A stretch of 64,000 nt of DNA from Bacteroidia bacterium (GTDB taxonomy: Bacteria > Bacteroidota > Bacteroidia > AKYH767-A > OLB10), in assembly GCA_038206385.1 (NCBI GenBank), contig JBBRAW010000002.1, forward strand, positions 6,261 to 70,260, written 5' to 3'. This document shows, piece by piece, positions 29,596 through 39,508 of the stretch (positions are counted from its first letter, which is position 1; each line of letters opens with the position of its first letter). Position numbers and translations under genes: made by a program. Under the pieces are notes generated by a model. That model was not told the origin of the DNA. It saw only the letters and a program-made list of their open reading frames with translations, and searched no databases.

Positions 29596-30957
29596 TTATC
29601 TCACACGAACATTATCAACACGGAATGTTGTTGTGTTTGTAGTACCATCACCAACATATTTAAAGCCTACGTTTAGTGTTCCAGTAAGTCCTAAACCATT
29701 TAACGATATATCACCAGAATTTACCCAAATGTAATTTCCTGTACTTGATCCTGGTAAAGTGCAAGTAAGTTGTTGCCAAGTAGCTGTTGCAGGGTTACCA
29801 GTGTAGTTATTCGAAACCCATACTGTTAATCCATTATGCTTATAAAATGAAAGTTCTGATTTGAAACTTAAAGTATCACCTGCAGTAATATTGAATCCAG
29901 GTGTTACTAACCAACTTTCCATGTTCGCGAGACCAGATTGGTATGCGGTTACTTCTGCATATTTTTCAGTAGAAAAACTCTTTCCCAACCATTGTTTGGT
30001 TCCTATTACTGCCACATCAGTCCAACCAGGAATAGTTATTGGACTGGAAGCTGTAATTGAACTAAAATCTTCGCTAATAACTCCAGGTAACACACCACTT
30101 CCATCACCACAATATTTATTAGTCATCATAGAAAGATCTTCCAATCCTCGAATGATGAATTGTCCAGTTGTGTAAACAGAAAATATACCCACAATTGGGC
30201 CATTTTTTGATGGTGTAAGTTGTGAAGCGAAACTAGAATATCCACTTGTATAAGCGGCTAAATTCGGAGCGGTAGTATTACATGCTAATAAGTATCTACT
30301 TTTTGATAAAAGATTTACGGCGTCTGCATATTGTTGCATTGTATCTGCAGGAGCAAATTGTACATCATTAATTTGTACTAAACGATTTTGCCATTTAAAA
30401 AGATCATTTAAATCAGAGATAGTAACAATTGATGGAACTGGTTTAAGACCCCAAACACCAGGGAAAATATGTTTAGGAATTTGTATAGATGGAATTGTTG
30501 CAGCAGAAAAAGGAACAGCTGTCATGTCAACGTAACCTCCAATCTGAATTAATCCTTTATATCCACCAATAACTAAGCCTTTCAGTTTTATAAATACTCG
30601 GCGTCCAACAGGATAGTTTCTCCAAAATTCTGATTGATCAATACGAATAGCAATACCTGCTGTAGCATCTTCAATGATCATTGTTTTGTAAAGGTTTCCA
30701 GATTGATCATCACCAACAACTGTGGCAGCAATAATCCAATCGTTAGAAATGGTAATGTTCCCTGAATGGTTAATAATGGAATCTTGATACATTTTTTTCA
30801 ATGAATCAATGGTCATGTTAACAGTTAGGTTTGGGTCAGTACCTGTTATCGGTGGCTCATCAAAGGACTCCTTTCGACAAGATGATAATCCAATAGCAAG
30901 AACCACTACCGTAAGTATGCTCCATGCTGTTAAATGAAATTTTTTGCTTTGTATCAT
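29596..30957 (-). CDS. Surface lipoprotein, DUF5689-like N-terminal region plus beta-sandwich (choice-of-anchor J/MAM-like) C-terminus
   Basis: Lipobox LSSC, VVGDDQSGNLYKTMIIEDATAGI, YPVGRRVFIKLKGL; C-terminal ESWLVTP..VGFKY..FRVDNV. Confidence 0.7.
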   Translation of the reverse strand: MIQSKKFHLTAWSILTVVVLAIGLSSCRKESFDEPPITGTDPNLTVNMTIDSLKKMYQDSIINHSGNITISNDWIIAATVVGDDQSGNLYKTMIIEDATAGIAIRIDQSEFWRNYPVGRRVFIKLKGLVIGGYKGLIQIGGYVDMTAVPFSAATIPSIQIPKHIFPGVWGLKPVPSIVTISDLNDLFKWQNRLVQINDVQFAPADTMQQYADAVNLLSKSRYLLACNTTAPNLAAYTSGYSSFASQLTPSKNGPIVGIFSVYTTGQFIIRGLEDLSMMTNKYCGDGSGVLPGVISEDFSSITASSPITIPGWTDVAVIGTKQWLGKSFSTEKYAEVTAYQSGLANMESWLVTPGFNITAGDTLSFKSELSFYKHNGLTVWVSNNYTGNPATATWQQLTCTLPGSSTGNYIWVNSGDISLNGLGLTGTLNVGFKYVGDGTTNTTTFRVDNVRVR

Positions 30958-30978
30958 GGTTATATGTTATTTCTAATT

Positions 30979-33765
30979 TTAATTAAATCTTAGTGTAAGT
31001 CCTACAAAATAGGTTGTGCCAAAAGCATAGAAATACTTAGGCGCATATTTATTAATGTTTTTATCAGTATAGTCGAAACGTTGTTGCTCATATCCACCAG
31101 TTCTAAAATCAGTATTATTTAAAAGATTGTTAATGCTAGCATTCAAAACAAGGAACGTTGGACGTTTCCAATTTTTAAGATAGTTGTTTAGTTTCCACGA
31201 TTTTCCTGCATTAATATCCAAAGTAAATTGGCTACTTAACTTTTCTTGCTCGATAATTCCTTTACGAATTGGATCATCTTCTGCAAGTAAAGCTACGGCT
31301 CCAACTGTTCTGCGTGAACGACTAAAGTCAGTATAAATTTTATCAAAATAATTAGCATTAATACCAGCATGCCAAAACTTTTTTGAACGATAATTTAAAC
31401 CAACAGTACCACTAGTTTGAGGAGTACTTGAAATATAAAAATTCTTAGAATAAACAGTATTATCACCAAGTAAAGCTGTAGAGTTGTCGGCAATAATAAT
31501 TTCATGCTGACGTGAATTGAAATAATAATCTCCTAATGCAATTCCAGTAGTAGCTGTAAATCCTTTTCCTAAAACTATTTCAGCACCTAACTCAAGGCCT
31601 ACATAGCGTTTGTCAATATTTGACACTGCATAATTTACAAACGTGCGATAGAATTCATCATAAAAACTTTGTACATCGGTACCATTATTCATCTGCGTAA
31701 AGAATCCCGTTAAACGAAACTTTACTCTAGGAGTACGAACATAATATCCCGCTTCAAGCGCTGTAACATTTTCATTATCTATGTTAGCAATTGTTGTATT
31801 TTGTGTACGTGGAGATAAAAAGGTATTCTCAAATAATGGTGCTCTAGTTTCGTAAACGCCATTCGCATAGAGATAATTTCTAGTATTTATCTTAAAAGTT
31901 AATCCTCCTTTTATAGAGTAATTATTAAATGCTTGTTTTGGGGAATCTCCGAAAGAGTTGTCTTTAAAAATACCGTTTCTGTACAATCCAGTACGATAGA
32001 AACTAGTATTACTTAAGTTGCCACCTAGATAAAAATCGATACGATTAAATTTAAACTGCGCTTGAATCCAAAACATCGATTTCTGTAAAGTTGCCATATA
32101 ATCGTAACCAAATTTATCACCAGTATGAATAATTTCATTTGGATGATTTAAATCGTTTTGCAAGGCATCTAAATCTCCAGGATAAGCTTGCTCCGCATAT
32201 TGATTGATGTTGGAATAAAAATCACCACCTAACAAATCTTTCACTCGTTTGTAATACTCCGATTGCTGATGCTGATAAGAGAATCCCGTTGTATAAACAA
32301 TGTGCTCACCAACTGTAGTGTTTTTAACTGTATTGAAAGTAATTCTTTTATTATTTGCAATGCGCTCTTCCAAAACATAAGCACTTTGCTTACCAGTTTG
32401 TATGTTTCCCGCACCATCATTAACTGTCATATCCTGACCATTTCGATTAGTAATAATCATTTTATCCCAATTGATTTGGCGTACTGACTCATCATTTCTC
32501 CAAGAATTTTCAATAGCAGCAGCGCTTGCAGAATCATCTTGGTAGCTAGGTAAATAGCGGTAATAAACTGGACTAGGGTTTGGCGCATTCAACCAATCCA
32601 AACCAGTTGTACTATTTATTCCGTATTGATATCCTAATGAGGTTTCTAAATTTGAATGCTCGTCAATTTTCCACTCATGACTTAAAATAGTAAGTGGCTG
32701 CTGTTGATGTCCAACAGATCCATTACGGATCTTGCCATTCTGATATCCCCAATTTGGATTATAATAATGTGTGCCAGCTAAATCATAAGCCTCTTCAACA
32801 ACAGCAGACGAACGACCATTTTCAGTATTGGCACCTATTTGAGATAAACTAAGCGTACTATTCGGACCGAATTTTTTCTCTACCGACAAAAACCAAGACC
32901 ACCCATCATAATAAGTACCTTTTACATAGCCTTCTTTAGCCCAGCGACGACTGATAGAACCAGCAAATGCCCACCCACCTTTCATAGTTCCAGTTCCATA
33001 TGTTGCCATTAATCGGTTATCATAAGAACGATTGGAAGCCGCATAAGATATTTGAAATTGCTTACGCTGACGTGACGCTTTACTATCAATACTTGTAGAA
33101 CCATTAAGACTACCGTATGTGTAATTTGATGAAGCTAGTCCGTATGTATTCTCACGACTATGAATTACATCGTTTAATCCACCCCAAGTGCTAAATAATG
33201 TTCTACCCGATACAAGATCTTCTACTGGAAGTCCGTTCATATATGAAACTTCTTCATTCTCATATCCGCGACGGCGAAAACGTGCTCCGCTGAAATTATA
33301 ATTTGCAGCAATAGTAAACGGATCCCTTCCTGCTGATAAGACCCCAGAAACACTTTGTGTTCCTTCATCTTTTAATTCAGAGTCGGAAAGTGAAACAGTA
33401 GGAATTGACTCATCCGCATCTGTACTTGCATTAAGCGCACGCGTAAGCGACAAATAACCAGCATCAACATTTGCTGAATTGACATTCACATTAAAAACAG
33501 CACCATTTATTGCTTCAAATCCATAAGCAACAACTTCAATAGTATAATTCCCAAATGGAACTGAATAAATTGAAAACAGTCCACTTTCGTCGGTTACTGC
33601 CGCTAAAGCTGTTCCTTTCAATACAATGGAAGCCCCTGCAATTGGCGATTTAGTTTCATTATCAAGTAAGGACCCTTTTAAGGTGCTTGATTGGGCTGCC
33701 GCTATAAACGGAATTAGAAGTATAAGAAGGAAGCCGGTTAGTGTTACACGAAAATTCATAAGCAA
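30979..33765 (-). CDS. TonB-dependent receptor with N-terminal carboxypeptidase-regulatory-like domain
   Basis: Signal peptide, PIAGASIVLKGT..TDESGLFSI, plug FRRRGY..YMNGLP, NNLLN and terminal beta-strand GTTYFVGLTLRFN. Confidence 0.85.
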   Translation of the reverse strand: MLMNFRVTLTGFLLILLIPFIAAAQSSTLKGSLLDNETKSPIAGASIVLKGTALAAVTDESGLFSIYSVPFGNYTIEVVAYGFEAINGAVFNVNVNSANVDAGYLSLTRALNASTDADESIPTVSLSDSELKDEGTQSVSGVLSAGRDPFTIAANYNFSGARFRRRGYENEEVSYMNGLPVEDLVSGRTLFSTWGGLNDVIHSRENTYGLASSNYTYGSLNGSTSIDSKASRQRKQFQISYAASNRSYDNRLMATYGTGTMKGGWAFAGSISRRWAKEGYVKGTYYDGWSWFLSVEKKFGPNSTLSLSQIGANTENGRSSAVVEEAYDLAGTHYYNPNWGYQNGKIRNGSVGHQQQPLTILSHEWKIDEHSNLETSLGYQYGINSTTGLDWLNAPNPSPVYYRYLPSYQDDSASAAAIENSWRNDESVRQINWDKMIITNRNGQDMTVNDGAGNIQTGKQSAYVLEERIANNKRITFNTVKNTTVGEHIVYTTGFSYQHQQSEYYKRVKDLLGGDFYSNINQYAEQAYPGDLDALQNDLNHPNEIIHTGDKFGYDYMATLQKSMFWIQAQFKFNRIDFYLGGNLSNTSFYRTGLYRNGIFKDNSFGDSPKQAFNNYSIKGGLTFKINTRNYLYANGVYETRAPLFENTFLSPRTQNTTIANIDNENVTALEAGYYVRTPRVKFRLTGFFTQMNNGTDVQSFYDEFYRTFVNYAVSNIDKRYVGLELGAEIVLGKGFTATTGIALGDYYFNSRQHEIIIADNSTALLGDNTVYSKNFYISSTPQTSGTVGLNYRSKKFWHAGINANYFDKIYTDFSRSRRTVGAVALLAEDDPIRKGIIEQEKLSSQFTLDINAGKSWKLNNYLKNWKRPTFLVLNASINNLLNNTDFRTGGYEQQRFDYTDKNINKYAPKYFYAFGTTYFVGLTLRFN

Positions 33766-34063
33766 TGTTTCTGTGTTTTAATTTAAGGATGACAAAGTTA
33801 CATAATTACTTAAAGCGCAATTGTAATAAAACACAAATTCTCATTATACTTAGGCTTATTCCTCCTAAATTTATTGAAAAAGCGTCTGATTTATAAGATT
33901 AGAAACCAATTATGAAGAAATTATAAGAAAAAATTATTTTTTATTGGATTTCCCAAGTTTTCATGGGAGATACTTGAAGGGATATTTTAATGAATTAGGA
34001 TATTAACTTTGCTTTTGCTTTTAATGTTGTGAACCAATCATAAATCAGTAAATTATTATAAAA

Positions 34064-34552
34064 ATGCTAACACTTCTACTTGTCCGTCATGCAAAATCAT
34101 TACATGAGTCTTATATTAATAAAGATAGTGAACGTCATTTAGCACCACGAGGATACGAAGATGCTAGTACCTCTGCAGTTTGGTGCAAACAGGAAGGAAT
34201 CTTACCTAGCTTGATGGTTAGTAGTCATGCAATAAGAGCCTACTCAACTGCCTTAATATTTGCAAATAATTTAGGGTATCACGTTAACGAAATAGTTTTA
34301 AAAGCATCAATATATAATGCAGATGTAGAAAAGTTAATGAGCGTAATAAATGAGTTCGACGATAGGTATAAATCAATCATGATGTTTGGGCACAACCCTG
34401 GGTTTACCGATCTTTTAAATACACTCTGCGGATCAACAATCTCCGATCTTCCTACTTCATCAGTAGCAATGTTGAAAATTCCAGTAGTATCATGGTCGAA
34501 AATTAATCCTAGAAGCGCAAAACTCGAAATATTACACACGAACGAAAAATGA
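34064..34552 (+). CDS. sixA: SixA-family histidine phosphatase
   Basis: LLLVRHAKS, SSHAIRAYST and FGHNPG; -7 element TAACTTTG at 34004-34011. Confidence 0.85.
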   Translation: MLTLLLVRHAKSLHESYINKDSERHLAPRGYEDASTSAVWCKQEGILPSLMVSSHAIRAYSTALIFANNLGYHVNEIVLKASIYNADVEKLMSVINEFDDRYKSIMMFGHNPGFTDLLNTLCGSTISDLPTSSVAMLKIPVVSWSKINPRSAKLEILHTNEK

Positions 34553-34653
34553 TGTCTTTATACTAAAATCAATAAAATTTAATAAACAACTTAGCATTTT
34601 ATCCAAAAAGCGATCTCTTATTGATTCCATTCGTATGATTAGAACGTTTCCAA

Positions 34654-34760
34654 TGTTAAGTTTTTGTTAGGCATACTTTTGTAACGGTCTTTTCGCAAAA
34701 TTTGCAAAAAAATAAAATTCGATTTAATATCCACTTAACATTAGCTTTATTCAATTAACA
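34654..34760 (+). promoter_or_regulatory. Promoter region with Pho-box-like 11-bp-spaced hexamers
   Basis: TGTTAA 34654 and TGTTAG 34665; TACTTTTG 34674-34681; TTAATA 34724 and TTAACA 34735; TAGCTTTA 34742-34749. Confidence 0.45.
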
Positions 34761-34765
34761 CAATT

Positions 34766-35119
34766 ATGGACAAGCACTACAGAAAACAACTAGAACAACA
34801 ATTAGCTTTGGCAATTGATTATTTCTTGCGTAAAACTGATGAACAGTCGGCGGAAAAAATAACGAAACATATAAAATCTTCCTCTAAGGATCTTGCAAAG
34901 AAATTTGTAAAAGCCAAAGAAGCGATTAATAAAAAAAATGCTGTTGCTAAGGAGACTAGTATAAATGCTTCAAAGTCGAATGTTAAAACTGCAACAAAAA
35001 AATCGGTATCGCCAAAAACAAAAAGGACTACCACGCGTAAAACAAAAAAAGTTAGTGTTAAAGCGGAAAAAGCTAGTAGTGCAAAAAAAACATCGGCGAA
35101 AAAGGTTTCACGGAAATAG
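34766..35119 (+). CDS. Small lysine-rich protein with histone-H1-like C-terminal tail
   Basis: 117 aa, about 30 Lys; helical N-terminus and K/S/T/A-rich tail; 20 bp upstream of ppk1. Confidence 0.75.
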   Translation: MDKHYRKQLEQQLALAIDYFLRKTDEQSAEKITKHIKSSSKDLAKKFVKAKEAINKKNAVAKETSINASKSNVKTATKKSVSPKTKRTTTRKTKKVSVKAEKASSAKKTSAKKVSRK

Positions 35120-35139
35120 TATTCTAAGAATTTTTAATT

Positions 35140-37194
35140 ATGAAGAAGGAAAATGTGTTGCTGATAAACCGTGATATTAGCTGGCTTGCATTTAATGATA
35201 GGGTATTGCAAGAAGCGAATGACCCTTCTGTTCCATTATTAGATAGGCTAAAGTTTCTCGGAATTGTTTCAAGTAATCGAGATGAATTTTTTCGTGTACG
35301 TGTTGCTTCTCTTAAACGATTAATTCGATTAGGAAAACGCGGCGAAGAAATTTTAGGAGAAAATCCAATTCGATTATTAGAACAAATACAAAAAATAATT
35401 TTCAAGCAACAAGATTGTTTTGATGAAAGTTATTTGCAATTATTATCCGAACTAGAACAACAAGGAATATTTATTCTTAATGAAAAACAGTTAACTACCG
35501 ATCAAGGTGTTTTTGTTCGACACTATTTTCAAGAGAAAGTACAACCAGCATTGGTTCCAATTTTATTAGATAATGTTCGGCAATTTCCTTACTTACGTGA
35601 TAAAAGTATTTATTTTTTGGTAGTATTGAAACGAAAGAATAATAAATCACGCCATGCGCTAGTGGAAATTCCAACCGATGTAGTTTCTCGATTTCTTGTT
35701 TTGCCAACCGATAATAAATATGTTATTCTTCTTGATGATATTATTCGCTATTGCCTAGATGATCTATTCTTTAATTTCGAATACGATCAAATAAATGCTT
35801 ACACGATTAAGATGACAAGAGATGCTGAGCTGGACATTGAACAAGATGTTACAAAAAGCTTAGTGAAGAAGGTTGCCGAAAGTGTTAAGCGTCGTAAAAA
35901 AGGTCAGCCTACAAGATTAATTTACGACGAAGCAATTCCTGAAAGTGAATTAAAATTTATTTTAAATAAAATTAATCTTGGTAAAGAAGGGCAACCTATT
36001 GCTGGTGGTCGTTATCACAATTTCGTTGACTTTATTAAATTTCCATCACTTACAAAAGCAGATTTACGTTACAAGCCTTTAGTACAGCTTTCACATCCCG
36101 ATTTAAAACCTCGAACAAGTGTACTAAAAGTAATTCGTAAGAAAGATATTCTTTTGTCGTTTCCTTATCAAAGTTATCATCACATTATCGATTTACTTCG
36201 CGAAGCATCTATCGATCCAAAAGTTAAGAGTATTCAAATAACATTATATCGATTAGGAAATAACTCGAATGTTGTAAATACACTTATCAATGCTATTAAA
36301 AATGGAAAGCAAGTAACAGCTGTTGTTGAATTGCAAGCTCGATTTGATGAAGAAGCAAATATTCGGTGGGCAAATAAATTGCACGAGGAAGGTGCTAAAA
36401 TAATTTATGGTGTACCTGGATTAAAACTGCATTCAAAATTATTTTTAATTACGCGTACTGAACAAGGAAAAGATGTACTTTATGCACATATCGGTACAGG
36501 CAATTTCAATGAAGATACTGCTAGACTTTATTGTGATCATAGCTTATTAACTTCCGATAAGCGAATTACTGATGAACTTTTACGGTTATTCCAATTTTAT
36601 AACGATAACTATAAAACGGGAGCTTATAAAAATTTACTTGTTGCACCATTTTTTATGCGCAAGCGTTTTGTGCATCTGATAAATAAAGAAATTGAGAATG
36701 CGAAGGCTGGTAAAACAGCTTGGATGTTTTTAAAGCTGAATAGTCTCACGGATCCAGAGTTGATAAAAAAGTTATACGAAGCAGGTCAAGCAGGAGTCAA
36801 AATTAGAATCGTAGTGCGAAGTATTTGTTCTCTCGTGCCAGGTGTTAGTGGACTAAGTGAAAATATTGAAGCTATTAGTATTGTAGATAAATTTTTAGAA
36901 CATGCTCGTATATTTGTTTTTGCTGGTGATGGTGATCCAAAATATTTTTTATCATCTGGTGATTGGATGGTGCGTAATCTTGATTACCGTTCGGAAGTTG
37001 GAGTTCCAATATTAAATGCTGAATTGCAAAAGCAATTGATGGATATTCTCGAAATACAATGGTCGGATAATACTAAGGGTCGTATCATAAACATGAAACA
37101 GGATAATAGCTATTCAATTAGAAATACAAAAACCAAATTACGTTCTCAGGATGCTATTTATCAATATCTAAAGAAGTTGAGCGCTACAGATTAA
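35140..37194 (+). CDS. ppk1: Polyphosphate kinase 1
   Basis: NRDISWLAFNDRVLQEA, DEFFRVRVA, VELQARFDEEANI, KLHSK and GTGNFN. Confidence 0.96.
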   Translation: MKKENVLLINRDISWLAFNDRVLQEANDPSVPLLDRLKFLGIVSSNRDEFFRVRVASLKRLIRLGKRGEEILGENPIRLLEQIQKIIFKQQDCFDESYLQLLSELEQQGIFILNEKQLTTDQGVFVRHYFQEKVQPALVPILLDNVRQFPYLRDKSIYFLVVLKRKNNKSRHALVEIPTDVVSRFLVLPTDNKYVILLDDIIRYCLDDLFFNFEYDQINAYTIKMTRDAELDIEQDVTKSLVKKVAESVKRRKKGQPTRLIYDEAIPESELKFILNKINLGKEGQPIAGGRYHNFVDFIKFPSLTKADLRYKPLVQLSHPDLKPRTSVLKVIRKKDILLSFPYQSYHHIIDLLREASIDPKVKSIQITLYRLGNNSNVVNTLINAIKNGKQVTAVVELQARFDEEANIRWANKLHEEGAKIIYGVPGLKLHSKLFLITRTEQGKDVLYAHIGTGNFNEDTARLYCDHSLLTSDKRITDELLRLFQFYNDNYKTGAYKNLLVAPFFMRKRFVHLINKEIENAKAGKTAWMFLKLNSLTDPELIKKLYEAGQAGVKIRIVVRSICSLVPGVSGLSENIEAISIVDKFLEHARIFVFAGDGDPKYFLSSGDWMVRNLDYRSEVGVPILNAELQKQLMDILEIQWSDNTKGRIINMKQDNSYSIRNTKTKLRSQDAIYQYLKKLSATD

Positions 37195-37289
37195 AAATAA
37201 TTTATTTTGATTCGTTGTTAGTTAAAATTGTTTTACAAAATTCACCATAGAAAAAAACTAAATTTGTCATACGTTTTTTGTAATTTCGT

Positions 37290-38216
37290 ATGCTATCCAA
37301 ATTACAAAACGTGAGATTCGCAGCTATTGATATTGGTTCTAATGCAGTTCGTTTGTTATTGTGCAATGTGCATGAAACAGAGAATGAAGCATTTTTTAAA
37401 AAAGCGGAACTCGTTCGTATGCCAATTCGATTAGGCGAAGATGCATTTCGTTATAAAAAAATATCCGACGAAAAAATTGAACAGCTTGCTAAATCGATGA
37501 AAGCATACAAATTGTTGATCGATGTATTTGGTGCTGTCGATTATCATGCGTGTGCAACATCAGCGATGAGGGAAGCAACAAATTCTTCGGAGATTATTCA
37601 ATACGTTAAAGAGTATAGTGGAATTGAAATTGAATTGATTGATGGAAAAACGGAAGCACAAATAATTTATTCGAATCATATTGCCGAGCACCTTGAGCTT
37701 GATAAAGCATATCTCTATATTGATGTTGGTGGAGGAAGTACCGAGCTAACAGTTTTTGCAGATAATCACATTGTAACTTCGCAATCATTCAATATTGGAA
37801 CAATCCGAATGTTGCATGATCAATTAAGTAAGGAAGTATGGAATGGCTTTAAAGATTGGATTCGAGAAAACACCAAAAATTATACTGACTTAACAGCAAT
37901 CGGTTCTGGTGGAAATGTAAATAAACTTTTTAAGATGGCTGATCGTAAAGAGAACAAACCAATTTCTCAATTACGTTTACGTGAAATTTACGAGTTCTTA
38001 AAACAATATTCTATTGAAGAAAGAATCACTCAGCTCGGATTAAATCCCGATCGTGCCGATGTAATCATGCCCGCAGCAAAAATTTTTCTCTCGATAATGA
38101 AAATTGCAACGATCGATAAAATGATCGTTCCTCAAATAGGACTCTCCGATGGAATAATTCATCTTCTCTACGAAAAACATCGCGCCATGCCCGAAATTAA
38201 TTTCGAAAAAATCTAG
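37290..38216 (+). CDS. ppx: Exopolyphosphatase, short Ppx/GppA form
   Basis: AIDIGSNAVRL, ATSAMREA, DVGGGSTE and RADVI; own -7 element TAAATTTG at 37259-37266. Confidence 0.92.
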   Translation: MLSKLQNVRFAAIDIGSNAVRLLLCNVHETENEAFFKKAELVRMPIRLGEDAFRYKKISDEKIEQLAKSMKAYKLLIDVFGAVDYHACATSAMREATNSSEIIQYVKEYSGIEIELIDGKTEAQIIYSNHIAEHLELDKAYLYIDVGGGSTELTVFADNHIVTSQSFNIGTIRMLHDQLSKEVWNGFKDWIRENTKNYTDLTAIGSGGNVNKLFKMADRKENKPISQLRLREIYEFLKQYSIEERITQLGLNPDRADVIMPAAKIFLSIMKIATIDKMIVPQIGLSDGIIHLLYEKHRAMPEINFEKI

Positions 38217-38406
38217 ATTTTTTTTCACAGATTTCCAATTGAATGGCAAACATAAAAATTCAGGCCTCCCTAAATATGTTCGGGTTTCCAAAATTAATTC
38301 TGGCCTCCCCTTCGCCTTCGGACTTTTAATTTACGATATCTAAATGGATTTTATTTCCAAGTGAAAAATTATACATAACCACGTGCGGCTGCGGTCAAGC
38401 TAAAAT

Positions 38407-38486
38407 AAATTACCCCGAAGGGGCCACGAGGTGGAAAATTAAGAATTAAAAATTATCCCGAAGGGACCACTATTTGGCGAATTAAG
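38407..38486. repeat. Two 37-bp direct repeats, each with a C-GAA-G mini-hairpin
   Basis: AAATTA-CCCCGAAGGGG-CCACGAGGTGG-AAAATTAAG (38407-38443) and AAATTA-TCCCGAAGGGA-CCACTATTTGG-CGAATTAAG (38450-38486). Confidence 0.8.
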
Positions 38487-38519
38487 TTGGACAAGAGATA
38501 TTTGAGTATAACCCAGTAA

Positions 38520-38752
38520 GTGCAGGGGCGATCCAACGAAAAGTGCGAAGTGATCATTCGTGTACCGATGAAGTGAGATAATAGCAATGCAGATTTGGGC
38601 TTTTCTTAATGATGAAAAATAGTTGCACTATGATGAATGATCGCTTGGTTTTCGTTGGTGTGCTTTTCTTTGGTTACTTTCTTTTGCACACCAAAAGAAA
38701 GTGACAGAACAAAATAGGATAACGATTATTTATTTTCCACTTATCAAAATCG
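38520..38752 (+). ncRNA. Structured non-coding element, copy B, with one 3' tail unit
   Basis: Pairings 38533-38542/38649-38658, 38548-38561/38633-38646 and 38673-38686/38692-38705. Tail GGATAACGATTATTTATTT..CAAAATCGAA matches unit 3 of the 10.5-10.9 kb repeat. Confidence 0.6.
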
Positions 38753-38808
38753 AAAAACGAAATTAAAAAAACATCTTAAAAACGAAATTCAAAAATATAA
38801 TCAAGAAA

Positions 38809-39426
38809 TTAAATTGCTTTCACCTCCATCAACGGATGAATAAAATATTTATGCTTCCCAGGAACTTCATAACAGGTAAAATTTTTTCGAAGTCGTTCTC
38901 CCTTCACAAAATGTTTACCATTCCGAATTGCAAATGTTGAGTTAAAAGGAATTTCTTCTAAGTGTGTCCAGCCATCTTCTTGCGGATCATATTTCTTTAA
39001 CGCTTTCATCAAAGAAATATTGGTGCAACTAGAAGCAGATGGATCTTGTAAGTAATGTGCAACAGCATTTGAAACATCATCAGGAAAAATTTTTTGATCA
39101 AGAAATGGTTTTAGTAAATACCTGAATTCACTTTTCCATTCATCACCATGTGGGTTCACACGATCGCGATGTTTTAAAAAACAAGTTAGATGTGCTACTT
39201 CATGTGTAAAGGTGATGAGAAATGCATATTGATTCAAATCATGATTTATAGTGATGGTATGACTTCTTCCTTCTATCGGCGGACGATAATCACCATATTT
39301 TGAAAGACGACTTGGCTTAACACGAACGCTGATACGATACGTACGAATCCAATCGTAGCAGGTGTCAACAGCTCCTTCTGGAATATATTTTAATAAAGCT
39401 GTACGAAGTTTTTCTCCCGTTACCAT
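38809..39426 (-). CDS. SprT-like zinc metalloprotein
   Basis: HEVAH zinc motif, PHGDEWK and RLSKYGDYR. Confidence 0.85.
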   Translation of the reverse strand: MVTGEKLRTALLKYIPEGAVDTCYDWIRTYRISVRVKPSRLSKYGDYRPPIEGRSHTITINHDLNQYAFLITFTHEVAHLTCFLKHRDRVNPHGDEWKSEFRYLLKPFLDQKIFPDDVSNAVAHYLQDPSASSCTNISLMKALKKYDPQEDGWTHLEEIPFNSTFAIRNGKHFVKGERLRKNFTCYEVPGKHKYFIHPLMEVKAI

Positions 39427-39508
39427 GTTTTACACACTACATTTTTTATCAAACGAATTTATCGCTTGAATTTATATCTAAAAGAAAATAATTTATTTAT
39501 TCTAAAAT

